Below, piece after piece: positions 30,845-42,303 of a DNA stretch of 64,000 nt. Both the position numbers and the translations under genes were made by a program. Origin of the DNA: an uncultured archaeon (GTDB taxonomy: Archaea > Asgardarchaeota > Lokiarchaeia > Sigyniarchaeales > SOKP01); NCBI GenBank assembly GCA_964486045.1, contig CAZALK010000009.1:32001-96000 (forward strand). Reading direction: 5' to 3'. The stretch's first letter is position 1, and every line of letters starts with the position of its first letter. The notes under the pieces were generated by a model. The model had not been told where the DNA came from. It saw nothing but the letters and a program-made list of their open reading frames with translations, and searched no databases.

Positions 30845-31711
30845 CTACCAATCATATCTTAGAATCGGGAAATCTCGCCTATTTTTCAGTTCAATAGCAT
30901 CATCATTACAAACGCTTTCACAAAGTCCGCATCCAAAACACATTTGAGCATCTATTTGTACCTTGTTTTGTCGTATATCTGCAGCTATAGCCCCAAATTG
31001 ACATCTTTTAACACAATTAAAGCATCCTGTGCAATTTTCTTTATTATGGATTGCAACTCGTTCACCCTTAATTAGTTGTTTTTCACCATAACGTAATCTA
31101 TTTTCAATCGAAGAACAATCTGGTCGCGAACAATTACATAGACCACCAATGTAAGGCCCTCCATTTCTCATTCCAAAATTCATTAAGTTTTGTACCAAGC
31201 CTTTCTTATTCCATTTTATTACCCATTCTCGAGCCTCATCGTGGTCAACCCATTCCGCTCCAGCAACATATCGTGCTGGGGTTCGTTCCCATCTAAACAT
31301 TCCAATACCGAGACCTAGGCAAGTCATTTTAGAGCGATCTCTTTCAACATACCCAAATTTGGCTTTGCGACATTCACAATGAATAAAACAAATCGGTGAA
31401 CTTATATCTATTAGATCTAATGAATCTTGAAGAGTAAGTGTTTGAGCTCCTTGAACTTGAGTATGTAACCTATTAGCAGCTCGCATGAGATCAGGAAATC
31501 TCTCATCTTTAAGATTATAGGCGTCTATAGCTTGAGCAATCATAGGCCCCGCAGCGGCTTCAATAGCAGCAGTTCCACCTTTTATACGCTTAGTATTTTT
31601 TTTCGTTTGCTCTACACGAGTTCGATGATACATAAATCGAGAATACCTTTTTGCATCTTTAAACCAGAGCTTTCCAGCCCCTTTGCTGTGAGTAAAACAG
31701 TTATTACACAC
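30845..31711 (-). CDS. 4Fe-4S dicluster domain protein with additional Cys clusters
   Basis: N-terminal CNNC; CECR..TC..LCNC...DC; C-terminal CTGCFNCVKRC and CFGCGLCESVC. Confidence 0.85.
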   Translation of the reverse strand: MCNNCFTHSKGAGKLWFKDAKRYSRFMYHRTRVEQTKKNTKRIKGGTAAIEAAAGPMIAQAIDAYNLKDERFPDLMRAANRLHTQVQGAQTLTLQDSLDLIDISSPICFIHCECRKAKFGYVERDRSKMTCLGLGIGMFRWERTPARYVAGAEWVDHDEAREWVIKWNKKGLVQNLMNFGMRNGGPYIGGLCNCSRPDCSSIENRLRYGEKQLIKGERVAIHNKENCTGCFNCVKRCQFGAIAADIRQNKVQIDAQMCFGCGLCESVCNDDAIELKNRRDFPILRYDW

Positions 31712-32113
31712 GTTTAATATTACCTTTCTTATAGTATTTCATTTTTGTATTATATCATATTTAATCTCAATAAAATATAATCCTTATGATTAAAATAAAT
31801 AATTGAAAGGAAAATAAACTGTAATAAGAGAGACCAATGGAATCTATGATTAAAAAAGATTAATTTAAAATCTAAAAAGAAAATATTACACCTATAACGG
31901 TTCTGTTATAAAGCTTATAATAAAAAAAATTTAATCTGAATTTCTTAAGTCGTGGTAAATTTCTTCCATTGCGTATTTACGCGTAACCTGGTGTCGTATG
32001 ATAACTGGATAGTTGGTGCCTATTTATGATAGACAACAATCCCCAATATTTATGTACAAAAAATCCCTAGATGTAATCATCTAATATAAAACAAGAATAA
32101 CTACAAATTCACT

Positions 32114-33919
32114 ATGAAAGAATTTAAGGTTAATAATTACATTGTACTGAAGCTGGAACGAGGAAAGACTAATATTTACATTAAGAATCGCTTGTTTAAA
32201 CAATGTAAGTCTTTGGTATTGAATATTCCTAAATATAAACTTGATACATTTGATGATTTAAATTCTATCGACGATGTCGCAGATAGATTGAATAAATCAT
32301 TTAATGTTAGAAATTTTACAATTCCACCTGAATTAGAATTTTGGGGGCATTGTTCTAATCTACAAGTTTGGGTAGAAATGAATTATGACACTCGTTTGAT
32401 ACATAGTAACTTAGCTTTTCCGCTGCTCAAAAAATTAGTGGAGATTGGAGATAATATGGCTTTGAGGGTTTTTAAAGAAGAGATTGTAAAGAGATTTAAA
32501 AGTGAAAATTTCACGGTAATTAATTATCTATTAAAAGAAAATTATATTAATTATCTATCAGAGGAAGAGTTAGAACACATTTTTCTTGAAAATAACGAAA
32601 GCTTAAGAACTTTCTATGAATTAAATTCAGGATTATCCAAACCATGGAACCATAGATATCAACTCCTTATTCATTTAATGGAATTAGGCGACGTTTTAGC
32701 TCGTAAGTTTCTTAAGGAAGATATTAAAAAAAGGATTTACAATAACAACTTAAATTTTATAGAAATACTTCGTTCAAATTCTCATTTGCTCTTATTATTT
32801 TCTGAGAAAGAATTAAGTGACATTTTTCTTGAAAACAATGAACTTATCAAGGATCTTAAAAATCTTGAAAGACTGGATTTAGGATATAGAGATTTAACAA
32901 TTATTCCAAAATTTATTGAACAGTTTAAGCATCTTAAGGAACTTAACCTAAGTTTCAATAAAATAGATTCACTTGCAAATGTAATTGGAAGCCTTAAACA
33001 TCTTGAAACGCTCGATCTAAGGAATAATAACATTAGTTCGCTTCCATCATCAATTTTTTATTTAAAATCACTCCAAAATTTATACTTAGATAATAATTCT
33101 TTAAAATTTATACCAAATTCCATTGGGAAATTAAAATCTCTTAAGAAATTAGATTTAAGGAAAAATCTTTTGATAATATTACCAGATTCAATTATTAAAT
33201 TAAGAAAATTAGAGGGCCTTAACTTAAGTAATAATAAACTCATAGAATTACCGAAAAATATTGGGCAATTAATTAAGCTTAAGGAACTATATATCCATAG
33301 AAATCAGATAAAAGAATTACCAACCTCTATTGGAAATTTAAGATCTCTTAAATGCTTAAATATTTTTTATAACCGATTAAATATGATTCCATCTTCAACT
33401 GGACGGTTAGATGCACTCGAGACATTAAATCTGGAATGATATAATTTAGAACTTTTACCATCTTCTATCGGTAATTTGAAATCATTGATATCCTTACAAT
33501 TAGAATTTAATAAGCTTAAAAATATTCCAAAGTCAATTCTAAAAATAAAGAAATTACAACGTTTAACTATAACTCCTAAATTTTTAGATATTCATTCAAA
33601 AGAAATATTGAACATCTTATCTGAAAAGGATGTTCATATAGATACCCCACCTCATAATTTAAAGTTTGTATATGAATATGGTGGTGCTATGTTTTGGAGT
33701 GGGGGACATACCGGTGAGTTTTTACCTTTATCAACAGATATAGTAAAAAAGTTAAGACGATTATCTATTTTATGGGAAAGGCAATACTGGCCTCGTCTAA
33801 ATAAAGAAAGACGATGGAGTAAAGTGGAGAAGAATGAATTCAACAAACAAACGCAAGAAATAATAAAAGTGGTTAAGTCGGAGTTAGGGGAAGATTTTAT
33901 TATAGATTATATACAGTGA
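32114..33919 (+). CDS. Loki-type leucine-rich repeat protein interrupted by an in-frame TGA (33437-33439)
   Basis: N-terminal EFKVNNYIVLKLE...EFWGHCSNLQVW...SNLAFPLLKKL domain plus about 10 LxxLxLxxNxL repeats. The repeat register continues across the stop: LETLNLE*YNLELLPSSIGNLKSL. Confidence 0.8.
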
Positions 33920-34440
33920 ATGTGGGACTTACTATTTATCTTAATATCAATTCACTTTAAATATGGTCTATCTACGAATCTACTTACCCAAAAATAACAT
34001 CCTAATTTTTAAATATCCTTTTTGATATATTTGTGAGGAAAAACATGATGAAAAAGTTGAAAAATCAAAGATTACTTATTTTTTTGATCCAATATGACCA
34101 AAAAAATCATAAATTTAATTAAACGTTATTTTTTAGCTTTTGGAATTGCTTTTGGGTTATTCTACTTAATGTAATATTATATTGTATCGTACAGCTCATA
34201 GCTCACACCTTATTATATTAATCTAATGATATATTATATATAATTCAGTTATTATATTTAATATTATAATGTAGCTATTTATATAGTCTTATTGTATTAA
34301 ATCTTTTTACCCAAGAGCATTATTGGTGGAAGAGACTGGTAGAAATTAATTTATCTATTTCATCAATATTAGCTTCTTGATCAAAAGCTATAGATTGTGT
34401 TCTCGTAAAGAATTGAGCAAAAACCTCTTCTTTATCGGAT

Positions 34441-34755
34441 TTATTCTTTAGTTCTATCTTCTGAGATCTCCAGCTTTATTTTCCATTCTTTTCTTTTCTT
34501 ATACCCAAATATGATCATTAAGATCGGAATAATTACAAGTGGGATACCAATTGCTAAGAAAATTGGATTAAAAAGACTAAGGGAAATTAGGGTAGGTAAT
34601 AAAAAAATAAAAAGATATAAACCAATGCAGATTAATGAAGTTCCCCCTCTTCTTTTTCTTGTTTTATCACCTCGAACACAAGCAGAACATAATCTAAAAA
34701 AGTTTTCGTTTTGATTAACAGTTATTTCTTCTCCGCAATTTTTACAAAGAGGCAT
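34441..34755 (-). CDS. Small zinc-ribbon + 2-TM membrane protein
   Basis: CKNC...CSAC, then two hydrophobic helices and a basic tail. Confidence 0.7.
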   Translation of the reverse strand: MPLCKNCGEEITVNQNENFFRLCSACVRGDKTRKRRGGTSLICIGLYLFIFLLPTLISLSLFNPIFLAIGIPLVIIPILMIIFGYKKRKEWKIKLEISEDRTKE

Positions 34756-35222
34756 TTTAATCTCACACTAGATATTAGATTTGATAATGGATATTAATAA
34801 GATATTCTTTAAAAATGTTTTTCAAATTTCTTCAATTTGAATCTTCATTTCTTGAAGATCTGAATGCGTTCATCATATCCGTTAGAAAATGATTAAAAAT
34901 TTTATTTAAATTATCCTTCTGAGAATCTTTCGACAAATTAATCACCTATTATTTAATACATTGTAAAAATGAAAAATAAACTTTAAAGATCTAATAAGTT
35001 ATTTGGTATGCTCAATAAGAAATTTCTCAATCTTTCTAATTAACCCATTTCCTTTTTCAAAATTCGACCAAATAAACCTAAAATCTTCAAGGCGTTCTAT
35101 AATTGCTGTGGTTTATCTACTTCATTTACAACTTCTTTTAATTTATTTAGTTTTAAACTCCTCAAGTTTTCTTTTCATTATATTTAATAACAATTCAGCA
35201 ATCTCCTCCTTCCTACTCAACT

Positions 35223-35531
35223 TATGGATATCAATTCTGCGTTCAATCGTGGTTTTCATATGAGGCATACTCAGCTATTGGATATAGGGGGCAGCGCATA
35301 GCAATCTTTCCCGAATTAAGTATAATCATCGTCTTTACTTCAAATGAGGAGAATGAAGGTTATTACCTCGATTATATCATAGGAAATTTTATCCTTGCTT
35401 CTGTAGGTGTTGATTCAGGAATTATAGAATACTTAATAACAGGTTATCCTATAATAGTTATTTGGAGCTCGATAGCAGTCGGATTTCTCGGAAGTATTTA
35501 TTTGGTGAATAAGAAGTGGAAAAATATCTGA
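35223..35531 (+). pseudogene. C-terminal remnant of a beta-lactamase-family serine hydrolase with a C-terminal membrane anchor
   Basis: Frame without an upstream start: YGYQFC...YSAIGYRGQRIAIFPELSIIIVFTS...ITGYP-TM-NKKWK*. Confidence 0.7.
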
Positions 35532-35699
35532 GAGATATTGAACTATTAGAATTACATGAAGAAATGGTAGAATTATAATATCATCTAATTTTTTATTTTC
35601 CTCGTTTCTAAAAAGATAAGAAGAATGAGAATCAAAGTTTTAAATATTTTGGGAGATAAAATCAGTTAAACAAAAAAAAAATTAAGGTGAAAGTAAAAA

Positions 35700-36467
35700 A
35701 TGAGTTCAAAAGAATTTGAAACAGTTCTGTATGAAACAAATGAAGAAACTAGAGTTGGATATATTACTCTAAACAGGCCTGAAAAACATAATGCACTGAG
35801 TTATCAATTACTTGACGATATAGACGCCGTTTTTGACCATGCAGAGGCAGATACCAGTGCAAAAGTCATAGTGTTAAAAGGTGCAGGTAAGAGTTTTTGT
35901 TCGGGATTTGATCTTAAAGGATCTTATTATTTAACACCTCCCGAAGGTGGTTGGAAATACAAGAATTCCTATGATATACTTCGGAAAAAAATATATGCGA
36001 AATATACGCGTATCTTTAATTTTCCTAAGGTAACAATTGCTCAAATTCATGGTAATTGTACTGACGCGGGATGTTATCTTCAACTTTGCTGTGATATTTC
36101 AGTTGCAGCAGATGATGCAATATTAGGACATCCTGCTCAATTATGGGGTGGCTCACAAAGTCTACCACTTTGGCAAATGTACTTAGGTGAGAAAAAAGCA
36201 CGATATCTTTTGATAAGTGGGAGGAGAATTTCGGGAAAAGATGCTGCAGATATGGGACTAGTGAGTATAAGTGTTCCTAGAGATAAACTTGACGAAGAGG
36301 TTAATAAATTAGCTGCTGAAATTTCCAAAGTTCCATCCGATGGGGCTTTACATAATAAACTTGCGATGAATACCGCTCTTAAAATACAGGGTGCTGATGC
36401 TTTATTCGAATATTTTGGTCAGATGAATCGATTCACTAGATTTATACCAAGTAGATCACCAAGATAA
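35700..36467 (+). CDS. Crotonase-superfamily protein lacking the canonical catalytic glutamates
   Basis: LNRPEKHNAL, FCSGFDL, AGCYLQLCCD, GHPAQ; GGTGA SD. Confidence 0.88.
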   Translation: MSSKEFETVLYETNEETRVGYITLNRPEKHNALSYQLLDDIDAVFDHAEADTSAKVIVLKGAGKSFCSGFDLKGSYYLTPPEGGWKYKNSYDILRKKIYAKYTRIFNFPKVTIAQIHGNCTDAGCYLQLCCDISVAADDAILGHPAQLWGGSQSLPLWQMYLGEKKARYLLISGRRISGKDAADMGLVSISVPRDKLDEEVNKLAAEISKVPSDGALHNKLAMNTALKIQGADALFEYFGQMNRFTRFIPSRSPR

Positions 36468-36565
36468 TTAATGTAACGAGATTCACAGAATATATTTACC
36501 AAATTAGAATGATTAAATTTTTTTAATTTAATAATTATTTTTTTAGAAATGGAGGTTATTATAAA

Positions 36566-37399
36566 ATGAATTATGAAGAAATAATTTTTGAAAAATCAAA
36601 CCAAATTGCCACAATAACTTTGAATAGACCCAATAAACTTAATGCTATGACAAATAGGATGATGGTAGAGATTTGGGATGCAATTGGGAAAGTAGAAGAT
36701 GATCCAAACATACGAGTCACAATAATTACTGGTGCGGGAAGAGGATTTTGTGCGGGTCAAGATTTATCAAGAGGTGGTGATACTTTTGAAAATCTAGATC
36801 AACCTCAAGACGTAGCTGAGAAAGCTGAAAGGGAAGGTAGTACAATCAAGCGATATTTCTCATTGAGAAAACCTGTGATTGTGGCAATAAATGGCCCTGT
36901 TGTAGGAGTAGGAGTGACACTAATTTTACCATTTGATATCAGAATCGCTTCTGAGAGTGCCCGTATTGGGATTGTCTTTAATAAACGAGGTGTGATCCCA
37001 GAATTTGCTAGCCCATGGTTATTACCTAGGATTATTGGAATCAGCAGAGCTGCTGAATTAATGTATACTGGCAGGATTCTCAATGCCAAGGAAGCTTTAG
37101 ACTTTGGACTTGTTAGCCGAGTAGTACCTGACGATAAACTAATGGATACAGCAAGGGAATTAGCGGAAGAAATATTATTGTGTGCACCGGTAAGTGTTAC
37201 CCTTACAAAACGAATGCTTTATCAATTCCTTACTGAAACAGATATTGATAAGGCAGAAAGTATTAACCATCAATATCTTGGGTGGGTTTCAACAAAGGCA
37301 GATACTCGAGAAGGAGTAATGTCTTTCTTAGAAAAGAGAAAACCTGAATGGAAATTAAAGGTCCCTGGCGATTTACCTGATTTTTACCCATTAGAGTGA
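36566..37399 (+). CDS. Crotonase-superfamily protein (isomerase/PaaG-like)
   Basis: FCAGQDL, GVGVTLILPFD, FNKRGVIPE. Confidence 0.88.
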   Translation: MNYEEIIFEKSNQIATITLNRPNKLNAMTNRMMVEIWDAIGKVEDDPNIRVTIITGAGRGFCAGQDLSRGGDTFENLDQPQDVAEKAEREGSTIKRYFSLRKPVIVAINGPVVGVGVTLILPFDIRIASESARIGIVFNKRGVIPEFASPWLLPRIIGISRAAELMYTGRILNAKEALDFGLVSRVVPDDKLMDTARELAEEILLCAPVSVTLTKRMLYQFLTETDIDKAESINHQYLGWVSTKADTREGVMSFLEKRKPEWKLKVPGDLPDFYPLE

Positions 37400-37406
37400 T
37401 AATCCC

Positions 37407-37763
37407 GTGTGTGCAAAATTTAAAGGCATCCCTGCCCTGATTTATTCAGCATTATGGAGACGGCAGATATTCGGAAGATTAAAGAAGGATTTTCCACAAA
37501 AAATCAAATTAGTGGTATATATAACTGATCAATCTCCTGCGGTTTTAATTACTATTGAAAATGAAACCTTTCAAATGGAAAAACTAGAGGATATCAAAGA
37601 TTTTGATGAGTTAGATAATTTAGAGTGTGATGGTTATTTTGCTGCGCCACAGAATTATCTTTATGGTGGTGTTCCTGCATTAATGAAGGGAGTAGGTGAA
37701 GGAAAAGTTAAAATGAAAAATGAATCGGCAATCTTTGGGCTTCTGCGTAGAATTATTTCTTAA
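37407..37763 (+). CDS. Small SCP2 (sterol carrier)-like protein
   Basis: 118 aa; alpha/beta pattern ending in GVGEGKVKMK, resembling the SCP2 C-terminus; lipid context. Confidence 0.5.
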   Translation: MCAKFKGIPALIYSALWRRQIFGRLKKDFPQKIKLVVYITDQSPAVLITIENETFQMEKLEDIKDFDELDNLECDGYFAAPQNYLYGGVPALMKGVGEGKVKMKNESAIFGLLRRIIS

Positions 37764-37779
37764 TGAATGAGTGTTTACA

Positions 37780-38937
37780 ATGGTTAAAGTTCAGAAAATG
37801 TCTGCTCTTGAAAGAGTTCTAACCGTGTTAGAGGGAAAAATTCCAGATCGTGTTCCTAGTTTTATTTTAGGTGGAGATTGTGATTTTGTCTACAGGTTCA
37901 TGAATTCTCCTTATAAACTTTCAGAAGAGGATATGAAACAATTAGAAAAAGATAGGGTTTCATTTAGGATCCCTTTCATTCATTCTGTAATAGCTAAATT
38001 TTCCCCACCTGACATATTACACGGTGGAATTGATGCAAAAATTGATATGTGTTGGAGCACGGCTGGAGGGGGGTTGATAAAATTAGATTTCATTGATAAG
38101 GTTTTAATGAATAACGGGGGGACATTTGACACCTTTGTGAAGGATGACGGGATACCACATTCATGGTATACTGGACCTGCACTCTTAAAAAAGGAACATA
38201 TTGAAGAATATTGGGAAAAAAAAAAGGAATTAAATCCAAATCCTGCTGGATTTCGCAACTTATCAAGAATCCGAAAAACTATGTTAGAAAAATATGATAT
38301 TGTAGTTTCTCAAGGAATTACTGGTCCATTTGAAAATTGTGTATTCGGAATTGGACATGCTAATTTCACTCGGTTTGCCAGAAAAGATCCAAAATTTCTA
38401 CAACAACATATAGATTTTCAATGGGAAACAATCGAAGAACCTTCATTGAAGTTATTAATGAATCAAAAACCAGATGTTATTATGTGCGGGGATGATTATG
38501 GATTTAATAGAGGTTTACAAATAAATGTGATACAGTGGCGTAAATATATTAAACCTAAGTTAGCGAAATATGTTAAATATGTCCATGATGGTGGTGCTAA
38601 ATTTATCCTGCATAGTTGTGGCAATATTGGTCAAATTTTTCCTGATTTTGTAGAAATAGGAATAGATGGTGTTGAATCATTAAAACCAAAAAGTAATGAT
38701 TTAAAAAGGTATAGGGAGAAATATCCAGAAATTGCTCTAATTGGAACTATTGACGATTCTGAGATGCTTGTGTATGAATCTCCTAAATTTATACGAAATT
38801 CAGTTAAAGAAAGCATAAAATCCTTAGGAAAAAAAGGGGGATATATTCCAGGACCCACAAATTTTCTGTTAGATCAACCAGCCGAAAATATTGTTTCCCT
38901 ATATAAAGCAATACAGGAATATGGGAGCATATATTAA
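37780..38937 (+). CDS. Uroporphyrinogen decarboxylase / MtaA-CmuA family protein
   Basis: ERVLTVLEGKIPDRVP, CGDDYG, LHSCG, GGYIPGPTN. Confidence 0.85.
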   Translation: MVKVQKMSALERVLTVLEGKIPDRVPSFILGGDCDFVYRFMNSPYKLSEEDMKQLEKDRVSFRIPFIHSVIAKFSPPDILHGGIDAKIDMCWSTAGGGLIKLDFIDKVLMNNGGTFDTFVKDDGIPHSWYTGPALLKKEHIEEYWEKKKELNPNPAGFRNLSRIRKTMLEKYDIVVSQGITGPFENCVFGIGHANFTRFARKDPKFLQQHIDFQWETIEEPSLKLLMNQKPDVIMCGDDYGFNRGLQINVIQWRKYIKPKLAKYVKYVHDGGAKFILHSCGNIGQIFPDFVEIGIDGVESLKPKSNDLKRYREKYPEIALIGTIDDSEMLVYESPKFIRNSVKESIKSLGKKGGYIPGPTNFLLDQPAENIVSLYKAIQEYGSIY

Positions 38938-39042
38938 ACCAAATTTCTTTTTTTTTAATTCAGATCCTTCCCTAGTTCTATTATTTAAAATTAAAAATTT
39001 TTAAAAAAAAAAACTTATTTAAAATTAAGATCAGTCTATATT

Positions 39043-40914
39043 ATGAGTAAAAATCGTAATGATTCAGGAAAAAAAAGTTACTTACCGTCTAAATAGGATT
39101 ACATTAAGGCACGGCTTTTCTCTCGCCATGTGATTAAGCGAATGGAAAGTGTAGTTGATGAGGTTTTAGCTAATACTCCAGAATCGTATAATAACGTTGC
39201 AATTTTGATTGAAAAACACGCTAAAAACTATCCAAATGATGCAGCAATTCTTTTTGAAGATAAAATGTATACACATAAAGAATATAATGAATGGTGCAAC
39301 CGGTATGCTAATTATTTTAGAGATAAGGTAGGGTTAAAGAAAGGGGATATAGCTGTTGTTTTTATGACAAATCGACCAGAGATAATGTTTGCAATATACG
39401 GCTTGTCCAAAATAGGCGTTATCTCTTCCCTAATTAATACTAAGCAAAGGTTGAATCCTCTTATTCACAGTATTAACATCGATCCCGGAAGAGTCTTCAT
39501 TATTGGAGAAGAATTAGTAGAAGCTTTTGAAGAAGTTCGACAGGAACTTAAGTTATCTAAAGAACAATCCAAACATTTGTATTTTGTTCCAGATCTCGGA
39601 GAAATTAAGAAACCTGAAGGATTTCAGGATTTATCTGATATAGTTAAAAATGAAGATATATCCAATCCCCCCACTTCAAAAACACTCCAATCTAAAGATC
39701 CTTACGCTTATATTTTCACTAGTGGAACTACTGGATTACCCAAAGCGGCAATTATCACTCATGGGCATACTTACGGTTCAAGTATTTATTGGGGTGATAC
39801 CGTTGTCGGATTTGAACATAAGGATATAATATACGTTACTACACCTCTTTTTCATTCTCACGCTATAAACGTAGCATATGCGTCTTCTTTAAGATATGGC
39901 TCAACCATAGCTATACGTCGTAAATTTTCTGCCAGTAACTTCTGGGATGATGCGATAAAATTTAAGGCTACTTGCTTTAATTATATTGGTGAAATTTGCC
40001 GATATCTAAATAACCAACCTGAAAAACCTACAGATCGAAAGCATTTTATTAAAAAAATCGTGGGAAATGGTCTTAGGAATGAAATGTGGAAGGATTTCAA
40101 AAAAAGATTTGGAATTAAGCAAATTTTTGAATTTTATGGTGCAACTGAAAGATTCGCTCCAAATTTTGCTAACCGTTTCAATTTAAACTGTACGGTTGGC
40201 TTTACATTAAACCCATATGCTATAGTGAAATATGATCTAGACATAAATGAGCCTATCAGAGATGAAAGTGGGCATATGATAAAAGTAAAGGAAGGAGAAG
40301 CAGGACTTCTTGTAGGACAGATAATTGCAGATGATATTTTTATATATACAAGTAAGAATGCGGATGAAAAGAAGATTTTTAAAAACGTATTTAAGGAGGG
40401 GGATTATTACTTTAATAGCGGAGACCTTATTAAAGAAATAGGGCATCTAAAAAAGATCTATAAATTTGCTCAATTTGTTGATAGAGTTGGAGATACTTTT
40501 AGATGGAAAGGAGAAAATGTATCTACTGAAGAAGTTGAAGCAGTAATTAATGAATTTGATCAGGTTGAGATGTGTTGTGTATATGGTGTATTAATTCCTA
40601 AAACTGAAGGTAGAGCTGGAATGGTTTCGCTAGTCACAAATTCTCATATCTCTGAGGATTTTAATTTTTCAAGATTTTATTCTATGCTTCAAGAATCCTT
40701 ACCAGAATATGCCATTCCAAAATTCATTCGTTTTACTCCAGAGTTAATTACAACAGCAACTCTCAAAATTCAAAAAGGAAATTTAAAAAAGGAGTCATTT
40801 AATATTGAAGATGTTGAAGATCCTCTTTATATTCTATTACCTAACTCTTCTGGGTACGAATTACTGACAAAAGAAATATACGGAGGGATACTAAACTCAG
40901 AATTTAATTTTTAA
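39043..40914 (+). CDS. FATP-like long-chain acyl-CoA synthetase; probable leaderless ATG 39043 with in-frame TAG at codon 18 (otherwise starts at 39130/39142)
   Basis: YIFTSGTTGLPKA, YIGEICRYL, EFYGATE, DRVGDTFRWKGENVST. The upstream in-frame segment reads MSKNRNDSGKKSYLPSK*DYIKARLFSRHV. Confidence 0.85.
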
Positions 40915-41002
40915 TAAATTGAATTTATAATGATTTTGAATTTATCTTTCTTGAAGCTATAAATTGTATTACCTAATTAATTTTAGATAAATATTATCTC
41001 AT

Positions 41003-42079
41003 TTATACTATGTAATTTGTTGCCTTTTTTAAGGCAATTTCTGCATCCACTACGCATTTTTCGATAATATCTGAAACACTTTCGATACTCTTGACTACAC
41101 CGATACTCTATCCAAGAGGAACAATTCCACTTTCTACGTCACCTTCATAAATAGCATAGTTTTTAATAAATTCCTTCCTAGTTTCTTCTTTTAATTCTTC
41201 TTCACTCATTGTAGCACGTTTTTTAACGAGAGCTTGTTCCTCAGCTATTTTCTCTTCTTTTGATTTTATTAAGCCTTTTGCTGTAGAATATTTATTTCTC
41301 CACATTCGTATTATGCTTAGATTTCCAGTTTTGACAATTGTGTCTTGAGCTTTTGCAGGAGGTATTATATTCTTGTAATTTTCATGGAATTCACTATTTA
41401 TAGAAGCAATAAATCTTGATCCCATGGATATTCCATCAGCTCCTGCTGCTAGAGCTAAAGCTAATCCTGTGCCATTTGCAAATCCTCCCGCAACCATTTT
41501 TGGTATGTCTGGATATTTTTGTTGGACTTGTTGAAGTAAGGCAATACCACCCACCCTTTCATATGCTTGGTGGCCTCCTCCTTCAAATCCATCAACTAAA
41601 AGACCATCACAACCCGCCACAACACATTTATCAGCCAACCAAAGTGCTGGAGCAACATGAAAATGTTTAATCTGTGTGGTTTTCCTCAATTTTTGAAAAT
41701 CCTTGTTTTGAGGCATTCTTCTTGCTGAACCCGCGCTGGTAAGGGCATAGAGGCATTGTTCTCTTAGCTTAACATTTTCTAATATATGTCGTGAAAGTAC
41801 AGATATTAACTTATCAATCCCAGGCTCTAGCCGTGATGTTCTAATATTAAACCCAAAAATCCCTTCAGTGTGCTCAACAACGTGATCAAGATTTTTTTTC
41901 ATTGCTGCATAATAATTAGATTCAATTCCCGTAGGTGATACATTCGTATGAGAAATCATTCCTAGTCCACCCGCTTCAGCTACAGCAATACATAAATCAT
42001 TTGTTCTGAATGGTCCCATGGCTGCTGAGGCAATGGGATGTTTTATCCCAAACATTTCAGTAATTTTCGTTTTTAACAT
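41003..42079 (-). CDS. Nitronate monooxygenase / FabK-family flavoprotein interrupted by an in-frame TAG (41110-41108)
   Basis: EGGGHQ, AGGFANG, MGSRF. Past the TAG, 34 codons (SIGVVKSIESVSDII...YIV*) align without gaps to paralog 44009. Confidence 0.88.
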
Positions 42080-42303
42080 AACTCGAACCTTTCTTTTTTA
42101 GGTTCCTAATTTATAATTTAAATAATTATTTTTTTACAATTATTACTAAATTATTATTTTAAGGATAATAACCCTTTTCACTATAGAAAAACTTCTTTGA
42201 ATTTTAAAAAGGGAAAAAAAAATATATAAAAAGATCTAATCATTCACCAATGTTATAATCCAATCGTATAATGAATTAATCAGAAAAAAATAATGAGTAA
42301 AAT

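Noticed and set aside
34094-34380. Decayed membrane-protein gene (MTKKIINLIKRYFLAFGIAFGLFYLM*...)
   Set aside because: It has multiple stops and no recognisable family, and cannot be distinguished from AT-rich intergenic DNA.
35003-35263. 86-aa hydrophobic ORF
   Set aside because: TTG start, low-complexity AT-rich sequence, and it overlaps the better-supported serine-hydrolase remnant in another frame.
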